A stretch of DNA of 63,875 nucleotides, counting the filler, from Octopus bimaculoides (taxonomy: Eukaryota): NCBI RefSeq assembly GCF_001194135.2. It is 6 parts of 6 records of this genome, joined end to end, with 100 filler letters (N's around TTAATTAATTAA, not from the genome) between each part and the next. Parts side by side here need not be neighbours in the genome. Positions count along the whole stretch, not along the records: positions 1 to 29,394 come from NC_068986.1; 5 more parts are not named here. The stretch is one strand, 5' to 3'. Made by a program: the position numbers and the translations under genes. Under the pieces are notes generated by a model. That model saw nothing but the letters and a program-made list of their open reading frames with translations, was not told the DNA's origin and searched no databases. Positions 1 through 12,828 of the stretch are shown in pieces. Numbering within the stretch: position 1 is the stretch's first letter; the number at the start of each line of letters is the position of its first letter.

Positions 1-122
1 TGTAGAAACTCTGCCAAATCAGACTGGAGCCTGGTGTTGCCATCCGGTTTCACCAGTCCTCAGTCAAATCGTCCAACCCATGCTAGCATGGAAAGCGGAC
101 GTTAAACGATGATGATGATGAT
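1..122 (+). mobile_element. RTE-type 3'UTR fragment with (GAT)n tail
   Basis: ...cccatgctagcatggaaagcggacgttaaacgatgatgatg; same family as the 3'UTR at 6085-6300. Confidence 0.75.
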
Positions 123-123
123 G

Positions 124-168
<45 letters not shown>

Positions 169-2179
169 ACATTTCTGTAACAGAATTATAGAATGCAACA
201 GTGAAGTAAAGGTAAGTGCTTCCCACCCAACAACTTATAATCACAGTTAAACATCTATATTGGAAAAACCAACTATGGCTTATCTAATACTGTTAATATT
301 AGTGGGAAAGGCATGAATAACACACCCCGCATTTATCATCCTTGAAATATATAGGAGTATTGTGACTAGGCAAAAAGGAAATATTTTAACAATTATGATA
401 ATTCAATAATTAGGTGTTGAGTTTTTAAATGATAATTGCTTGTATAAAAATTGTCGATATTAAATATTGTATAATGCTCTCAATGTGTAAAAATAATTAG
501 CAGTTAGAACTAGATTCTTTGATCGTTACGTCATTTCATACAATTTTATAAAGAAAAGGTGCAGTCATAGATGTGTGGCTAAGAAGTTCTCATTACAGCT
601 GTTTGGTTTTGGGTTCGATCCTACTGTATGGCATTTTGAACTAGTCTTTTACTGGAAACTGTGTGGAAGCCCCTTGAGAACCATATAATGAAGTTTTCTT
701 CACAAACATGTGAGTTTGGGTTCAGGTCAATTGCACAGCACCTTAGGCAAGAGTCTTCTGTGATAATGCCAAGGCTGACCAAAGCCTTGCAAGTAGACTT
801 GGTAGAGGGAAACTGAAAGAAGCCTACTGTGCATATGCACGTGTGTGTGTTTAAAGTGTCTACAAAAACCACTCACTGTGAGCAGTGTTGTTGTTACTTC
901 TGTCAACAAATCCTGCCTGCTTGCTTTACACCATCAAAAACATGTGAAGTAAAAAAGCCTTTACTGGTCAGCCCAGGGCTATTGTACAGAGTGTCCACAA
1001 AGTCTGGGTACATGGGGGATTAACACATACTTTCAGAAATTATTATTTTTTATATTTAATTATTTATGTTATGATTTTATTTACTCCATGTACCCAGATT
1101 TTGTGTACACTCTGTAGAAGAGACATGCCCAAAGTGCCATACAGTAGGATCAATCCCCAAACCATGTGGTTGCAAAGTGAGCTTCGTACCACACACCTAA
1201 GTCTGCACCTGTATTGGTGCACATCAGAGATCAAAACAAATAAGCACTCCACCAGAGTTGCACAGGCAATTTTTTACCCCATTACTTTCATAATTTAAAT
1301 GTTGTGACCTGACAGTTTGCCTCACTGGTGACCCATAACCAATAACATTACTGTTCAGAAAATGGGATATAAAAAAAAAAATAATAATTAAAATAAATTA
1401 ACTTATCCAAAACAGTTGTTGATAAGTGTTGACCAAAGCCTATCAGAAATTAAAACTTTGATAAATTAAAGTCTGCTGGTTTATCAGCCGAGTATTTGAA
1501 TAGCGAAAATAATTGACAAGTCACAGTGGGAAAGACTCACTAACAATTGAATTATATTCAAGTAAACTCAGATAATCAGGTTGAAGTGGAGATTCTCCCT
1601 GCCCCGTTTTTATCTTTGTTATCAATATTTATGTTGACAGAATTGACTGCTGATTGATTTATTGATCTGTTTAGTCATACACTGTAAACAAACAACCATG
1701 GAAACAACAAATATGAAGTCATCTAGGTTGTTTGTTTGTTTGGTTTTTTTTTTTTGGTTTTTTTTTTTTTTTTAAGAAATAAAATTTACATATTAATGAA
1801 ATTTATATTTTATACAGTGGGGCATATTTTCATTGAAACATAATTAACTATATGTTATTGCCCGAAGATAACATAAATACAATTAACTTTTAATCGGGAA
1901 TAATGCAATCAGATGCAAAATATCAGAAGCCAATGGCTCCACTGGAACAACGTAGAAAGTGAGAAGTGTGATGAGTATTGTAGTTGTGAAGTCCCAGGTC
2001 AGACCTGATTGAGGAAACCTATGAACAAAAGCCTTCCAGTTATGGCCATCCCATATATATCTATATTTTTTCTTGGCTACATTACCCAATGTTTATTCCA
2101 TTCTTTAATTCCAGCCCACTTCTGGTTAAGCAGACTTATGATTAAAGACATTCTAGTTGTAGCCATTCCATATTTACAG

Positions 2180-2354
2180 ACAGTGGCTGTGTGGTAAGTA
2201 GCTTGCTTACTAACCACATGGTTCCGGGTTCAGTCCCACTGCATGGAACCTTGGGTAAGTGTCTTCCACTATAGCCTCGGGCTGACCAAAGTCTTGTGAG
2301 TGGATTTGGTAGACGGAAACTGAAAGAAGCCCGTCATATATATCTATATGTATG

Positions 2355-2428
<74 letters not shown>

Positions 2429-2648
2429 TATATATGTATGTATGTGTATATATTTGTGTGTCTGTGTTTGTTCCCCCAACAACGCTTGACAACCAATGCC
2501 GGTGTATTTAGCGGTTCGGCAAAAGAGACTGATAGAATAAGTACTAGGCTTCCAAAGAAAAAGTCCTGGGGTCGATTTGCTCAACTAAAGGCGGTGCTCC
2601 AGCATGGCCGCAGTCAAATGACTGAAACAAGTAAAAGAATAAAGAGAG
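2180..2648 (+). mobile_element. tRNA-derived CORE-like SINE, composite with internal (AT)n (type A)
   Basis: A-box-like gtggctgtgtggtaag; B-box-like ggttcagtcc; CORE-like accttggg(c/t)aagtgtctt; microsatellite; then a conserved right arm ending gactgaaacaagtaaaaga. Confidence 0.8.
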
Positions 2649-3916
2649 AGCTTATTTCAGACTGCATTATCCAATACATCCTTCCTTTTCTTTATAAAGA
2701 CAGCAGGATTTCACTATTATTTCTAGCATGTTGAGTGGCCACATAGAGAATCTATCATTCATTTGAAATGCATGATGGTTTTAAAAGAAAACTAGCAGAG
2801 ATAGTTAGCTCAGACTGGCAAAAAGGATTGCAATAATAATAAAATGGAGACAGCAACCTGGTTGGGATCTATTTTAGAGATCATTGCCTAATTATCTTTA
2901 CATTCTTAAAAGGAAAACAAAGACTTTTATTCTATTGCATATACTGAATTTTTCTACAGCCCTGTAAGCTTCCACAATACCAGTGCTTTCTATATATCAA
3001 AGCATGAATTTCATCTATGCAAGTAGACAATCAAGTTTCAACAAAGGTAAAATGCATTTGTCATCTTATGAGTCACTGGAGTTCAATATATGCCTTGAAC
3101 ACAAGTCTATGAAGAGATTTTATCTCAGATAATTCCTCAGCTTCATGCCTTCTAAAGGTGTATTACATTTAGTTACCATACAGATGGCAGTTTTAATTTT
3201 TTTTTTTATGTTGTAAGAAAGAGATTTTCAAGAACAGGACAGTTTTTCTAAAAGTGAAAGTGACAAAAGCTTGTGTGTACAACTTGGGTGAAACAAAAGC
3301 CACACAGAGTACAAGTATTTTTATTCTGAAATATCAGCTTTGTAACCACACTGCCATGCCTGTCCACATAACTTATTATTAATCAGGTATAATTATGGCT
3401 ATGTAAAATACCACAAAAGAAAACTTTGCTTTTTATTGTTGTTTAGCCTTGACTGAATTTGATAAGCAAATTGAAGTCATCTTTATTACTAATAATACAT
3501 CTTGAACTACATTATTGCATCCGCCCCTTTTTAAAGATGACACTGTCTGGTTTGAGGGGAATGTGATTGCTTGTTGACTCATTTAAAGCTAAGAATTCAG
3601 AAAAATAAAACAATAGTACTTCAGTGTCAATAAGTTCATGAGATTGGAAATAAGAGCATTAGTTCTTTGTTTTTTTCCCCATTTGCACTTCTCCAAGTGA
3701 TGCAACATTTTTTACACTGAAAACCCTTGTTGACAGTTACCTTCTTCTTCAGTGGAAGAGACGGCTTTAGTTGTGTAATACATTTAGTAATTCAGACATC
3801 TGTAAAATGAATTACATTAATTATTCAGCTCAGTCAAGCAAGACGGTTAATTTAGCATGTAACGATTAACACAATGTTGTCTGAGTTCCGTTTCAGGGAT
3901 CTTAGCAATAAAATGA

Positions 3917-3986
<70 letters not shown>

Positions 3987-4382
3987 CCATTGGTTGATAA
4001 CAAAGGAATATGAATTATTATTCATCAACATCATGCATAGGTTAGATGGAGTTCATTTGAGGCAGATTTTCTACAGCTGGATGTTCTTCCTGTCGCCAAC
4101 CCTTATCTGCCTCCAAACAAGGTAATATTTCCTCATGGCCAGACATGTTCTCACACAACATTGGAAATGAATAACACAGCTTGTATAGCAGTGACACACA
4201 TTAACAACTATCATGTGATGTCTAGACAAGGAGACAAGCACTCACACAGACTCATACAAACATGCCATTCAGTGGGACTGAACCCAAGACTATGTGGTTT
4301 GGAAGCAAACTTCTTACCACACAGCCACACTTGAAAATTCAGAATTTTCAAAGTACTTCATTTGCAGTTTATAATTAGTCTA

Positions 4383-4902
4383 ATCTCTTAGAGAGATTCC
4401 CAACATCACTATTTTTATGGCCTTCTCCACTGTAAGCAGATGTTGTTGCTCTCTCTTTGTCAAGGCCCAAGTCTCACATGTATATAGCATTGCAGACAAG
4501 ACTGTGCTGTTGAAGTGATTGGCGTGAACTGCCTTGTCTAGGTTCGCCTTCAGCATATCCTTCACAGAGTTAAATGCTCTCCATCTTCACACCCGGAACA
4601 AGGAGATCAGGGATAGAACTGGAGAGAAGGATGTCATCACAGAACACCACCACACAAAGCTATGATGGACCGGTCATGCTGCAAGGTTCAAAGACAACCA
4701 GTGGACCATGCAGCTGTCAAGTGCTACCTAAGCGAATGGAAGAGATCAATAGGAAGACCACCAATGAGGTGGGAAGATGATTTAAGAATGGAACAATGTA
4801 TGGAACAATGTGGAGGAGAATGGCAAAAGTATGAGGAGAACGGAGTGAATGCTGTGGCCAGCAGAGCCGACTTGGCACCAGACAGCTTGGCTGATCCAGA
4901 TG
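4383..4902 (+). mobile_element. 5'-truncated RTE-clade LINE with 5' inversion and 12-bp TSD
   Basis: Minus strand 4586->4383 reads WRAFNSVKDMLK...LYTCETW...MLGISLRD. Plus strand from 4588 reads HTRNKEIRDRTG...WTGHAARF...GRPPMRWEDDL. Flanked by AATTAGTCTAAT at 4373-4384 and 4903-4914. Confidence 0.85.
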
Positions 4903-5568
4903 AATTAGTCTAATAATAATAAGAACATATATGTATGTATATGTATTGATGTCTTTTCTTTCACAATGTTTTCTAATATATAAACTTTCTACATATATCT
5001 AGAATGCCTTGGCTGGACCTGACAAAATACCAAAGTGTTCTGGTTATTTATTCTTTTGAATCCCAACATCATTTTAGTGTTCACCTTTCTATACTAGTAG
5101 AAGTCAGATAGCACTTATTTTAATAAGGCTCAAAGCCCTCTATTTTCCAAACCATCACCTGTTTCAAAGCAGGGTAATATTTCCTCCTTTTTCATGGAAA
5201 ACTGGTATCAAATACTTGCTTATATGACAATGACACTCATTTACAACTATCACATGATGTTAAGTCAAGGAAACACACACACACGCACAAATTATCTACT
5301 TTCAGTTTCTGTGTGTCAAATTTGCTGACAAGGCTTTGGTTGGCCCACCCGAGGTACCACACAGTGGGACTGAACCTAAAACCAAATCGTTGGAAAGTCA
5401 ACTTTTTAATCACACAGCCATGCCTGCTCATATAATTAGTAATTCATAATTTTTGCTTGGTGGTCCCCAAGCATGGTTTTGAAAATAGTTTAACAGATGA
5501 TTTGGGGATTTTGCTCTTGTTGAACAATTCAGGTTTTGAAGACTGCTAAAGCCATTAGTGGTTCTCTC

Positions 5569-5622
<54 letters not shown>

Positions 5623-6084
5623 CCATCTAAGGAACGTGTGTCAGAATTTATGTTCAAAAACAAGTGTAAGGTGAGCTTGTGTTGAATATAAGTTATTACA
5701 AAAACTTTTCTGCTTATCTTAATCCATATAGAGGAAATGAGATGTTTTAATAGTAATAAGGTTCTAAGTTTACACAAATCAGCATTTACACACACACACC
5801 ATACAAACATTATTCATTTGTTAAATTTCCTTTTTTCCCTGCTAGCATGGGTTGGAGAGACAAGGATGTATTTGAGAGCGGGACACACACTACAACAAAC
5901 ACATGCACACGAAAGGCTTCTTTTAGTTTGTTTCCATCTACCAAATCCACTCACAAGGCTTTGGTCAACCCAAGGTTAAAATACAAGACACTAGCCCAGG
6001 GTGCCAAGCAGTGGGACTTAACATGCGATTGGAAAGCAAACTTCTTACCACACAACCACGCCTCTGCCTATAATACATGTCATC

Positions 6085-6610
6085 CTCATCATCATTTAGC
6101 ATTTGCTTTCCATGCTGACATGGGTTAGATGGTTTGACTGGGAGTGATAAGCCAGAGAGCTGCACCATGTTCCAGCCAGATTTGGCATGCTTTCTACAGC
6201 TGGATGCCCTTCTTAACACCAACCACTCCACAGAGTGTACTGGGTCCTTTTCATGTGCCACCAGCACAGGTGCCAGTTATGTGACACTGGCATTGGCCAC
6301 AAGTATGATTTCACTTGGCTTGACAAATCTTCTCAAGCACAGCATATTGCCAAAGGTCTCAAGTCACTTATCACCTCTGTGAGGCCCAGCATTTGAAGAT
6401 CATGCTTCCCCACCTTGTCCCAGGTCTTCTTGCATCTACCTCTTCCACAGGTTCCCTCAACAGAGATCAACACTTCTTTACACAGCTGTCCTTGTCCATA
6501 CGCATCACATGACCATACCAGCACAGTCGTCTCTCTTGCACACCACATTTGATGCCTGTTATGCCCAACTTTTCTCTCAAGATCCTTACATTCTGTCATA
6601 CATGCACACT
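6085..6610 (-). mobile_element. RTE LINE 3' end (end of ORF, 3'UTR and GAT tail)
   Basis: SVEGTCGRGRCKKTWD...DLQMLGLTE (RTE C-terminus) contiguous with a 3'UTR ending in (GAT)n. Confidence 0.8.
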
Positions 6611-7519
6611 GACATTGCACATCCAGCAAAGCATACTAGCTTCATATATTTTAATCATACTAGCTTCATATATGTTAATATTAGTGCAAGTTGAAAACTG
6701 GTACATTCAAATAGTAATACCATGTAATATTTACAAACAAATTTTCTTCACATGTCAATATAGACTTTAGATTTTTTTTAAGAATGAAAGTGTTTCTCAG
6801 TCAGATTGACCTGAGACTTAACAACAACAACAACAACAGTAGCACTATAGCTGATATATATTACAACACTACTGAAATGGCTTATAGTTTGAAATGGGTT
6901 TTCCAAATATCAGTTATGGCAGCNNNNNNNNNNNNNNNNNNNNNNNNNNNNNNNNNNNNNNNNNNNNNNNNNNNNNNNNNNNNNNNNNNNNNNNNNNNNN
7001 NNNNNNNNNNNNNNNNNNNNNNNNNNNNNNNNNNNNNNNNNNNNNNNNNNNNNNNNNNNNNNNNNNNNNNNNNNNNNNNNNNNNNNNNNNNNNNNNNNNN
7101 NNNNNNNNNNNNNNNNNNNNNNNNNNNNNNNNNNNNNNNNNNNNNNNNNNNNNNNNNNNNNNNNNNNNNNNNNNNNNNNNNNNNNNNNNNNNNNNNNNNN
7201 NNNNNNNNNNNNNNNNNNNNNNNNNNNNNNNNNNNNNNNNNNNNNNNNNNNNNNNNNNNNNNNNNNNNNNNNNNNNNNNNNNNNNNNNNNNNNNNNNNNN
7301 NNNNNNNNNAAAATTGAGCCACTTCCTAAACCACCCAATTTACAGGAAATAAATTATTATTACAAAGAAATTTATTGAAAAATTAAATCAATAAAATTAT
7401 GAAGCGACTATAAAACTAACTTTCTGATCCATTATTATGTAGGCTTAAACAGTAAAAAAAAAATAATAATAAGAGCATTCAGAGAGTAAAGAAAAAAAAA
7501 AAGTGGAAAAATAATCCAG

Positions 7520-7695
7520 AATTCTTGTCCAGTACTGGATTGATCCCAAAATTTAATCAGTTTGTGCCAGTCAAAGGCCAAACATCCCTGAAAGTTTCAT
7601 CAGAATCTATCCAGTGGTGCTCGAGATATCTTGTCCACGGACAAACAAACACGACTGAAAACAATACCTCCGCCTTCGCTAAGGCGAAGGTAATA
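7520..7695 (+). mobile_element. Possible Helentron-associated (HINE/pearl-like) element 3' part
   Basis: ccaaaatttaatcag...aaagtttcatcagaatc...ggacaaacaaacacg, then terminal hairpin tacctccgcctt-cgct-aaggcgaaggta followed by ataataa. Confidence 0.45.
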
Positions 7696-7856
7696 ATAAT
7701 AATAAGAAAAAAAAAAGTTTGAAAAAGTTGAAACTGAAAATTATAAGCAGACGTGTTTATTTGGAGGATTAAACTAGCATATTTAACCTGAAATACTTAA
7801 AATATTAGTTGAAGCATTTATTGACAGAACTATACTATCAGATAATGATATAATTG

Positions 7857-8570
7857 TTTGAAATTTGTCACAAGGTCAGTAATCTTAGTAGGGTGGGAAT
7901 TAGTCAATTGCATTAATCCCAGTACTTAACTGGTACTTTAGTTTTAGCTTCCTCGAAAGGATAAAAGACAAAGTTGACCTCAACAGGATTTGAACTCCGT
8001 ACATAAAGAGCCACAAGAAATGCTGCTAGGCATCTTGTCTGCCAGCTTGCTGCAATAATAATGATAATTCTTTCTACTAAAGGCTCAAAGCCTGAAATTT
8101 TGTGGGAGGGGACTAATTGGTTATATCAACTCCAGTGTTCAACAGGTCCTTAATTATCAAACCTGAAACAATGAAAGGCAAAGTTGACCTCAGTGAAATT
8201 TGAACTCAGAATGTAAAGATGGACAAAATACAGCAAAGCATTTTGCTGGCATGCTTAACAATAATAATAATCCTTTCTACTATAGGCACAAGGCCTGAAA
8301 ATTTGTGGGAAGGAACTAGTCAATTACATTAATCCCAGTACTCAACTGGTACTTAGTTTCATCAACCCTGAAAGGATGAAAGGCTAAGTCAACCTCGGCG
8401 GAATTTGAACTCAGAATGTCTTTAAGACAGATGAAATGCTGCCAAGCATTTTGTCCATCATGCTAACGATTCTGCCAGCTCACCATCTTAGTAATAATCA
8501 TAATAATTCTTTCTACCATAGGCACAAAGCCTGAAATATTTTTAGGGGAACCCCAGTGCTTAACTGGTAC
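7857..8570 (-). mobile_element. Head-to-tail array of about four tRNA-derived Meta-domain-like SINEs (type C)
   Basis: Repeating unit of about 205 bp: ctttctactataggcacaaggcctgaaa...ctggtactta...gaaaggatgaaaggc(t)aagt(c)gacctc...atttgaactcag...aataataat. Confidence 0.75.
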
Positions 8571-8584
8571 TTATCCATTCAGGG

Positions 8585-8960
8585 TCAAGACCTTCTGGGG
8601 TTTTCCCAGTCAAATGGATTAGAAATTGGAACATAACAAGCCAGATATTTACAGTAATAGATGAGGAAAATCAAATTTCCAGGCTGATTGATTCATCATA
8701 TCTATTTAATACTAAGGTTAGGAGGAAAGATGAAAACAGTTGAAAAATTGAAAAACTACAACCCATTAAAATTTCAGATTGTGAAGATTTGGAATATGAA
8801 ATCTGCAAAGATTATATGTGTGATAATTAGGGATTGTGAGTGATGAAATAGACAAATGAATAAAGACAATTGGAGTGGAATGTCCAGTAAAACTTCTGCA
8901 GAAGGTTTGCCTTTTAGGAATAGGGAAGATCATCATAAGGGTTTTAAGGACTTGATGGCT
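8585..8960 (+). pseudogene. R4/Dong-like (RLE) LINE 3' ORF fragment
   Basis: FWGFPSQMD*KLEHNKPDI / VIDEENQISRLID / IVKIWNMKSAKII / IGVECPVKLLQKVCLLG match the restriction-like endonuclease C-terminus. Confidence 0.7.
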
Positions 8961-9884
8961 TATTGAAACTGTGTGGAGATCTAAGATTACAGGGAGTAAC
9001 CCATTACCCTAATAAATTCTACCAGGAATAAGATCAATCCTGAGTTAAGAAGGAAATAACTGACAAATTGAAACCAGTGATGAAAAAGACTTGTTGATTT
9101 TAGGTTGTTAGCTCTGCTAATACTTCACTATTAAATCTTATACATGAGGCTTAGAACATTATTGTATGATCTACCACCATTGCACCAGATACCACTACCT
9201 ACAGTCAAATGCCCTTCATGTCATGAATCCTCACTTACTTCCAAATAAGGTAATATTTTCTCATGGCCAGACAGTCTTGCAGTATATAGGAAATGAATAA
9301 TGATGCTTGTATGACAGCGACACTCATTTACAGCTATCAAGTAATATCAAAGCAAGGACAAACACACACATGACAGGCTTCTTTCATTTTCCATCCACTA
9401 AATCCACTCATAAGGTGCCGTGCAGTGGGACTGAACTCAGAACCATGTAATTGGGAAGCAAACTCCTCAACCACAAGCTACAACTGCTCAATATAATCAT
9501 TAAAATTGTACCATTACTCTTCTAGAATTTAGGATTAAAGGCTCATGCACACCAAGAAAACTTAATTCTCATGGGTCAAATGTTAAGGAAAGCTTTGAAG
9601 ATCTAAAAACCTTATCAATGGTTAATAAATAATATTGACAGGATGAATATCATTATTTAATGTCCACTTTTTCATGCTTGAAAGGGTCAAATGGAATGTA
9701 CTGAGGCATATTCTCCAGCTAGTGTCCTTCGGTATCTGGCTGTAGGATATGCCTCAGTACACTCCATCTGTTAGAATACATTTGTGTGCTATCATAATAT
9801 ATAAAAAAGGAATGGAAAAGCAGTTTGAAAAGAAATTCTAAGGTATTTTTAAATATATAATATATACTACTTCCTCCTCCTAGT

Positions 9885-10103
9885 CAATGGTCTTTGTCTT
9901 GCAAGTTACTTGGGGACCCTGCTGGTGCCACATAAAAAGTACTCAGTATACTTTGTAAAGTGGTTAGTGTTAGGAAGGGCATCCAGCTGTAAAAAGCCAT
10001 GCCAAAGCAGACAGAGCTTGGCAGTGCTCGGGCTTGCCAGTTCCTGTCAAACCCTCCAAACTGTGCCAGCATGGAAAGCAGATGTTAAACGATGATGATG
10101 ATA
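9885..10103 (+). mobile_element. RTE-type 3'UTR fragment
   Basis: Same family: gttaggaagggcatccagctgta...gatgttaaacgatgatgatg. Confidence 0.7.
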
Positions 10104-10128
10104 ATGAGGAATCTGCTATCTTGTGTAG

Positions 10129-10205
10129 ATTAAGCAAAGCTAAGTCCCTTGGAATAAATAAATACCCCTGGGCACCCAAAATATACGAAACATTGAAAGA
10201 ATTTG
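10129..10205 (+). CDS. Candidate coding exon (phase 2-1; LSKAKSLGINKYPWAPKIYETLKEF)
   Basis: atcttgtgtag| acceptor and TTG|gtaaag donor; protein-like open frame with no transposon motif recognised. Confidence 0.3.
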
Positions 10206-11930
10206 GTAAAGTGCCATTGAAAATTAATAGTTTCTCTTAGCAAGAAAAGAGAGAGAAAAAAAACCCTTATATCAATGGGCACTTACTTTTCTAATGCATA
10301 TATGACTAATAAATGAGGATACCTTAAAGGAATCTTAATTAAGAAAAACAGTTAGAATAAAGATTTATGCATTTGTCTAGCAAATCAGAACAGGAACTAA
10401 AAATACTACAGTCCTTTTAGCAATGGAAAAGTAGAAAATGTTAAATCAACATTTAGCAGTCACAGAAGAGGCAAAAGAAAAAACCAAAAATCAACACATC
10501 TGTAAAAATAAACATTTGATGAAGAGTAATAGAAAGGAAGAGGAAGTCATCATCATCATCATCATCATCACTGATTGAACATAATGTAAGCAACCAAGTT
10601 TGGTTGGTGAACTGCCATCATCGCAGAATGAGAAAGACTTAAGGAATCAGAGGCAAAAGAAATTTTCCTGAGAATTTTTAGGGGGTCTACATTCAACATA
10701 GTAAATTGACATTGCGATTAAAAGCTTAGAATTGTCAGTTTTAACATTTGTTTTGATTCTGGCAGGAATGAAACGCTTTCTATNNNNNNNNNNTCTGTTT
10801 TTTTTTTTTTGTTTCTTTTTTTGTACCTTCTCAACCATGAGCCCTAATATCTGAGGATCTAAAACAGTTGTATTTATGTACGGAGGGAGTGGGGAGGCAT
10901 GTGTATGCAAGTATTTCCTGGCCTATAGCTACTAAACCTCTTCAGTCAACTTATGTCACCTTTTACACCCAACAACATATTGTAAATATTTCTAATACAT
11001 TCATGTTAAGATAGCCATCTACCTTAAAAGCAGGGAATATATCTGGTTGCTAATCTGCTAGAAAAGTTGTCAAATTTCTTTCAAATCACACACTGTCCCA
11101 TCTTTAAAAAAGAGGGACATATAACAATATTAAGTCTTTACCATCATTATATATGTTTTTCTATGCTGGCATGGGTTTGAGGAGTCCTCAGTGTATGTAT
11201 TTCAATTAATATTGAAAATAATGAATTTGGAAGAATTTAGTAAAATGACTTATTAAATGAAACAGAATCAAGTAAATACTTTGTAAACAAGAGGATTTGT
11301 TTCAAAGAATCTAAGGTCATCAGGGGTGGTGGATTAGTATTGAAAGGGTTAAGTTATTTTAAAGGGGTAAGGTTTGGTTTATGATGAAAAAATATCTCGA
11401 AGCCTACATCTAAAGCTAAAAAAAAAAAAAAGCTTTTGCACAAACTTTGTCAATTTACTTCTTAACTATTCTTATCAACAATTGCATTGGAAAACTGAAT
11501 GAGCCTAACTGTAAAAAGGAATTCTCATATCAAATATCCAAACTGTTGCTTGAGCTTAGAAATCACAGTTGCTAATCTGAATTATTTTTTGATGGTTTGC
11601 TCAGCAAGAGTGTTACAACGATAACAGGACCTCCGAGACTGACACGATTAACACATTTCATGTGCCTCTTGAACAGCTAAAATATAGGCAAGTATGGAAT
11701 ACCAGAAAGATTAATATACTGGAACAAAAAGATTAGGTGCAGTGTTTTGTGCAAAAACTTGGATGAGAAGACAGAATATGATAAGAAGGATTCTGGAGAG
11801 CCTAAGTAGAGATGGCATGAAACACCATATAAAATAGAGTGAAGAGATAAGTACATATATGTGATCTAGCAGCTGGTTTGTGTTGGTAAGCAATTTTCAG
11901 TTAATCAGTTATTTCTTCCATATAGATTAA

Positions 11931-12208
11931 CCCATTACCTACCAGTGATCTCATTTGAGATCACTTAAAAATTACAAATTTCGTATTTATCTGTCAATAT
12001 TTACACATATCTAACCTTTTTGCTATATCTACTAGGTATATTTCTCTGATATTCAAATGAGGTTTGCTAATTTTTCACCCAATATCTTGCTTATTTTTAT
12101 TTGAAATGTTATTTTGATCATTCCAGCTTGTTTCTAAGGCTGTTTTATGCTAGAAATCAAAGTTTCATAAAAAAAATTCCAGTTAATAGAATTATGGGAG
12201 GTAATGGG
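11931..12208. mobile_element. piggyBac-type MITE
   Basis: TTAA TSDs; TIR cccattacctacca / tgggaggtaatggg (13/14). Confidence 0.82.
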
Positions 12209-12777
12209 TTAAATAAAGCTTTTTCTGAGATTTCACTAGGATTTAGATAATGTCCTTGCAAACATAGTTCCTATTATGTTTATCTTCAGACCAATCCCTA
12301 ACTCAAGCTAATTCTTTTGGATGGCAAATTTCTTCATTGTTTTTCATTTAATTCTAAAATATGAACAAAATGGTAATATTACACGAGCACCTACTGACCG
12401 ATTTAGAAACTTATCAATGCTTATAAAAGGCCATAAGGAAAAGGGGTAAAAAAAGAGAGCCTTGGTATAGATCTATCTACTTGAAGGCTTAATCCCCCTC
12501 TACATGTAGTGCTGATTCTGATTATACATTTTTACAGGGTCTCAACTGTTTTCACTTACCATTCACCTTTGCCCACCTCATAAAATCTAACATTGTGGGA
12601 AGTCTTTTTATCAGTCAATAAAAAGCAAAGCTCTCTATTCCATGCCAAGTATATTTCACCTACAGTACCACATTCTGGTACAAACACAAACTTTTAATCA
12701 TTTTTATTGGTTTAACATCAAATATGCAAGGTTGTTCACAACTATGTGTTGTCTTCTCCTCTAAAAGCTTTTATCAC

Positions 12778-12828
<51 letters not shown>

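Noticed and set aside
1883-2089. Hydrophobic minus-strand ORFs here and at 11711-11893 suggesting a membrane protein
   Set aside because: No good splice signals or recognisable family; T-rich strands give hydrophobic frames by composition.
8583-8716. Apparent exon SRPSGVFPVKWIRNW...LFNTK with AG/GT ends (SH3-like GVFP)
   Set aside because: The neighbouring frame and downstream sequence read as an R4/Dong endonuclease (HNKPDI, KIWNMK, LLQKVCLLG), so it is a LINE relic.
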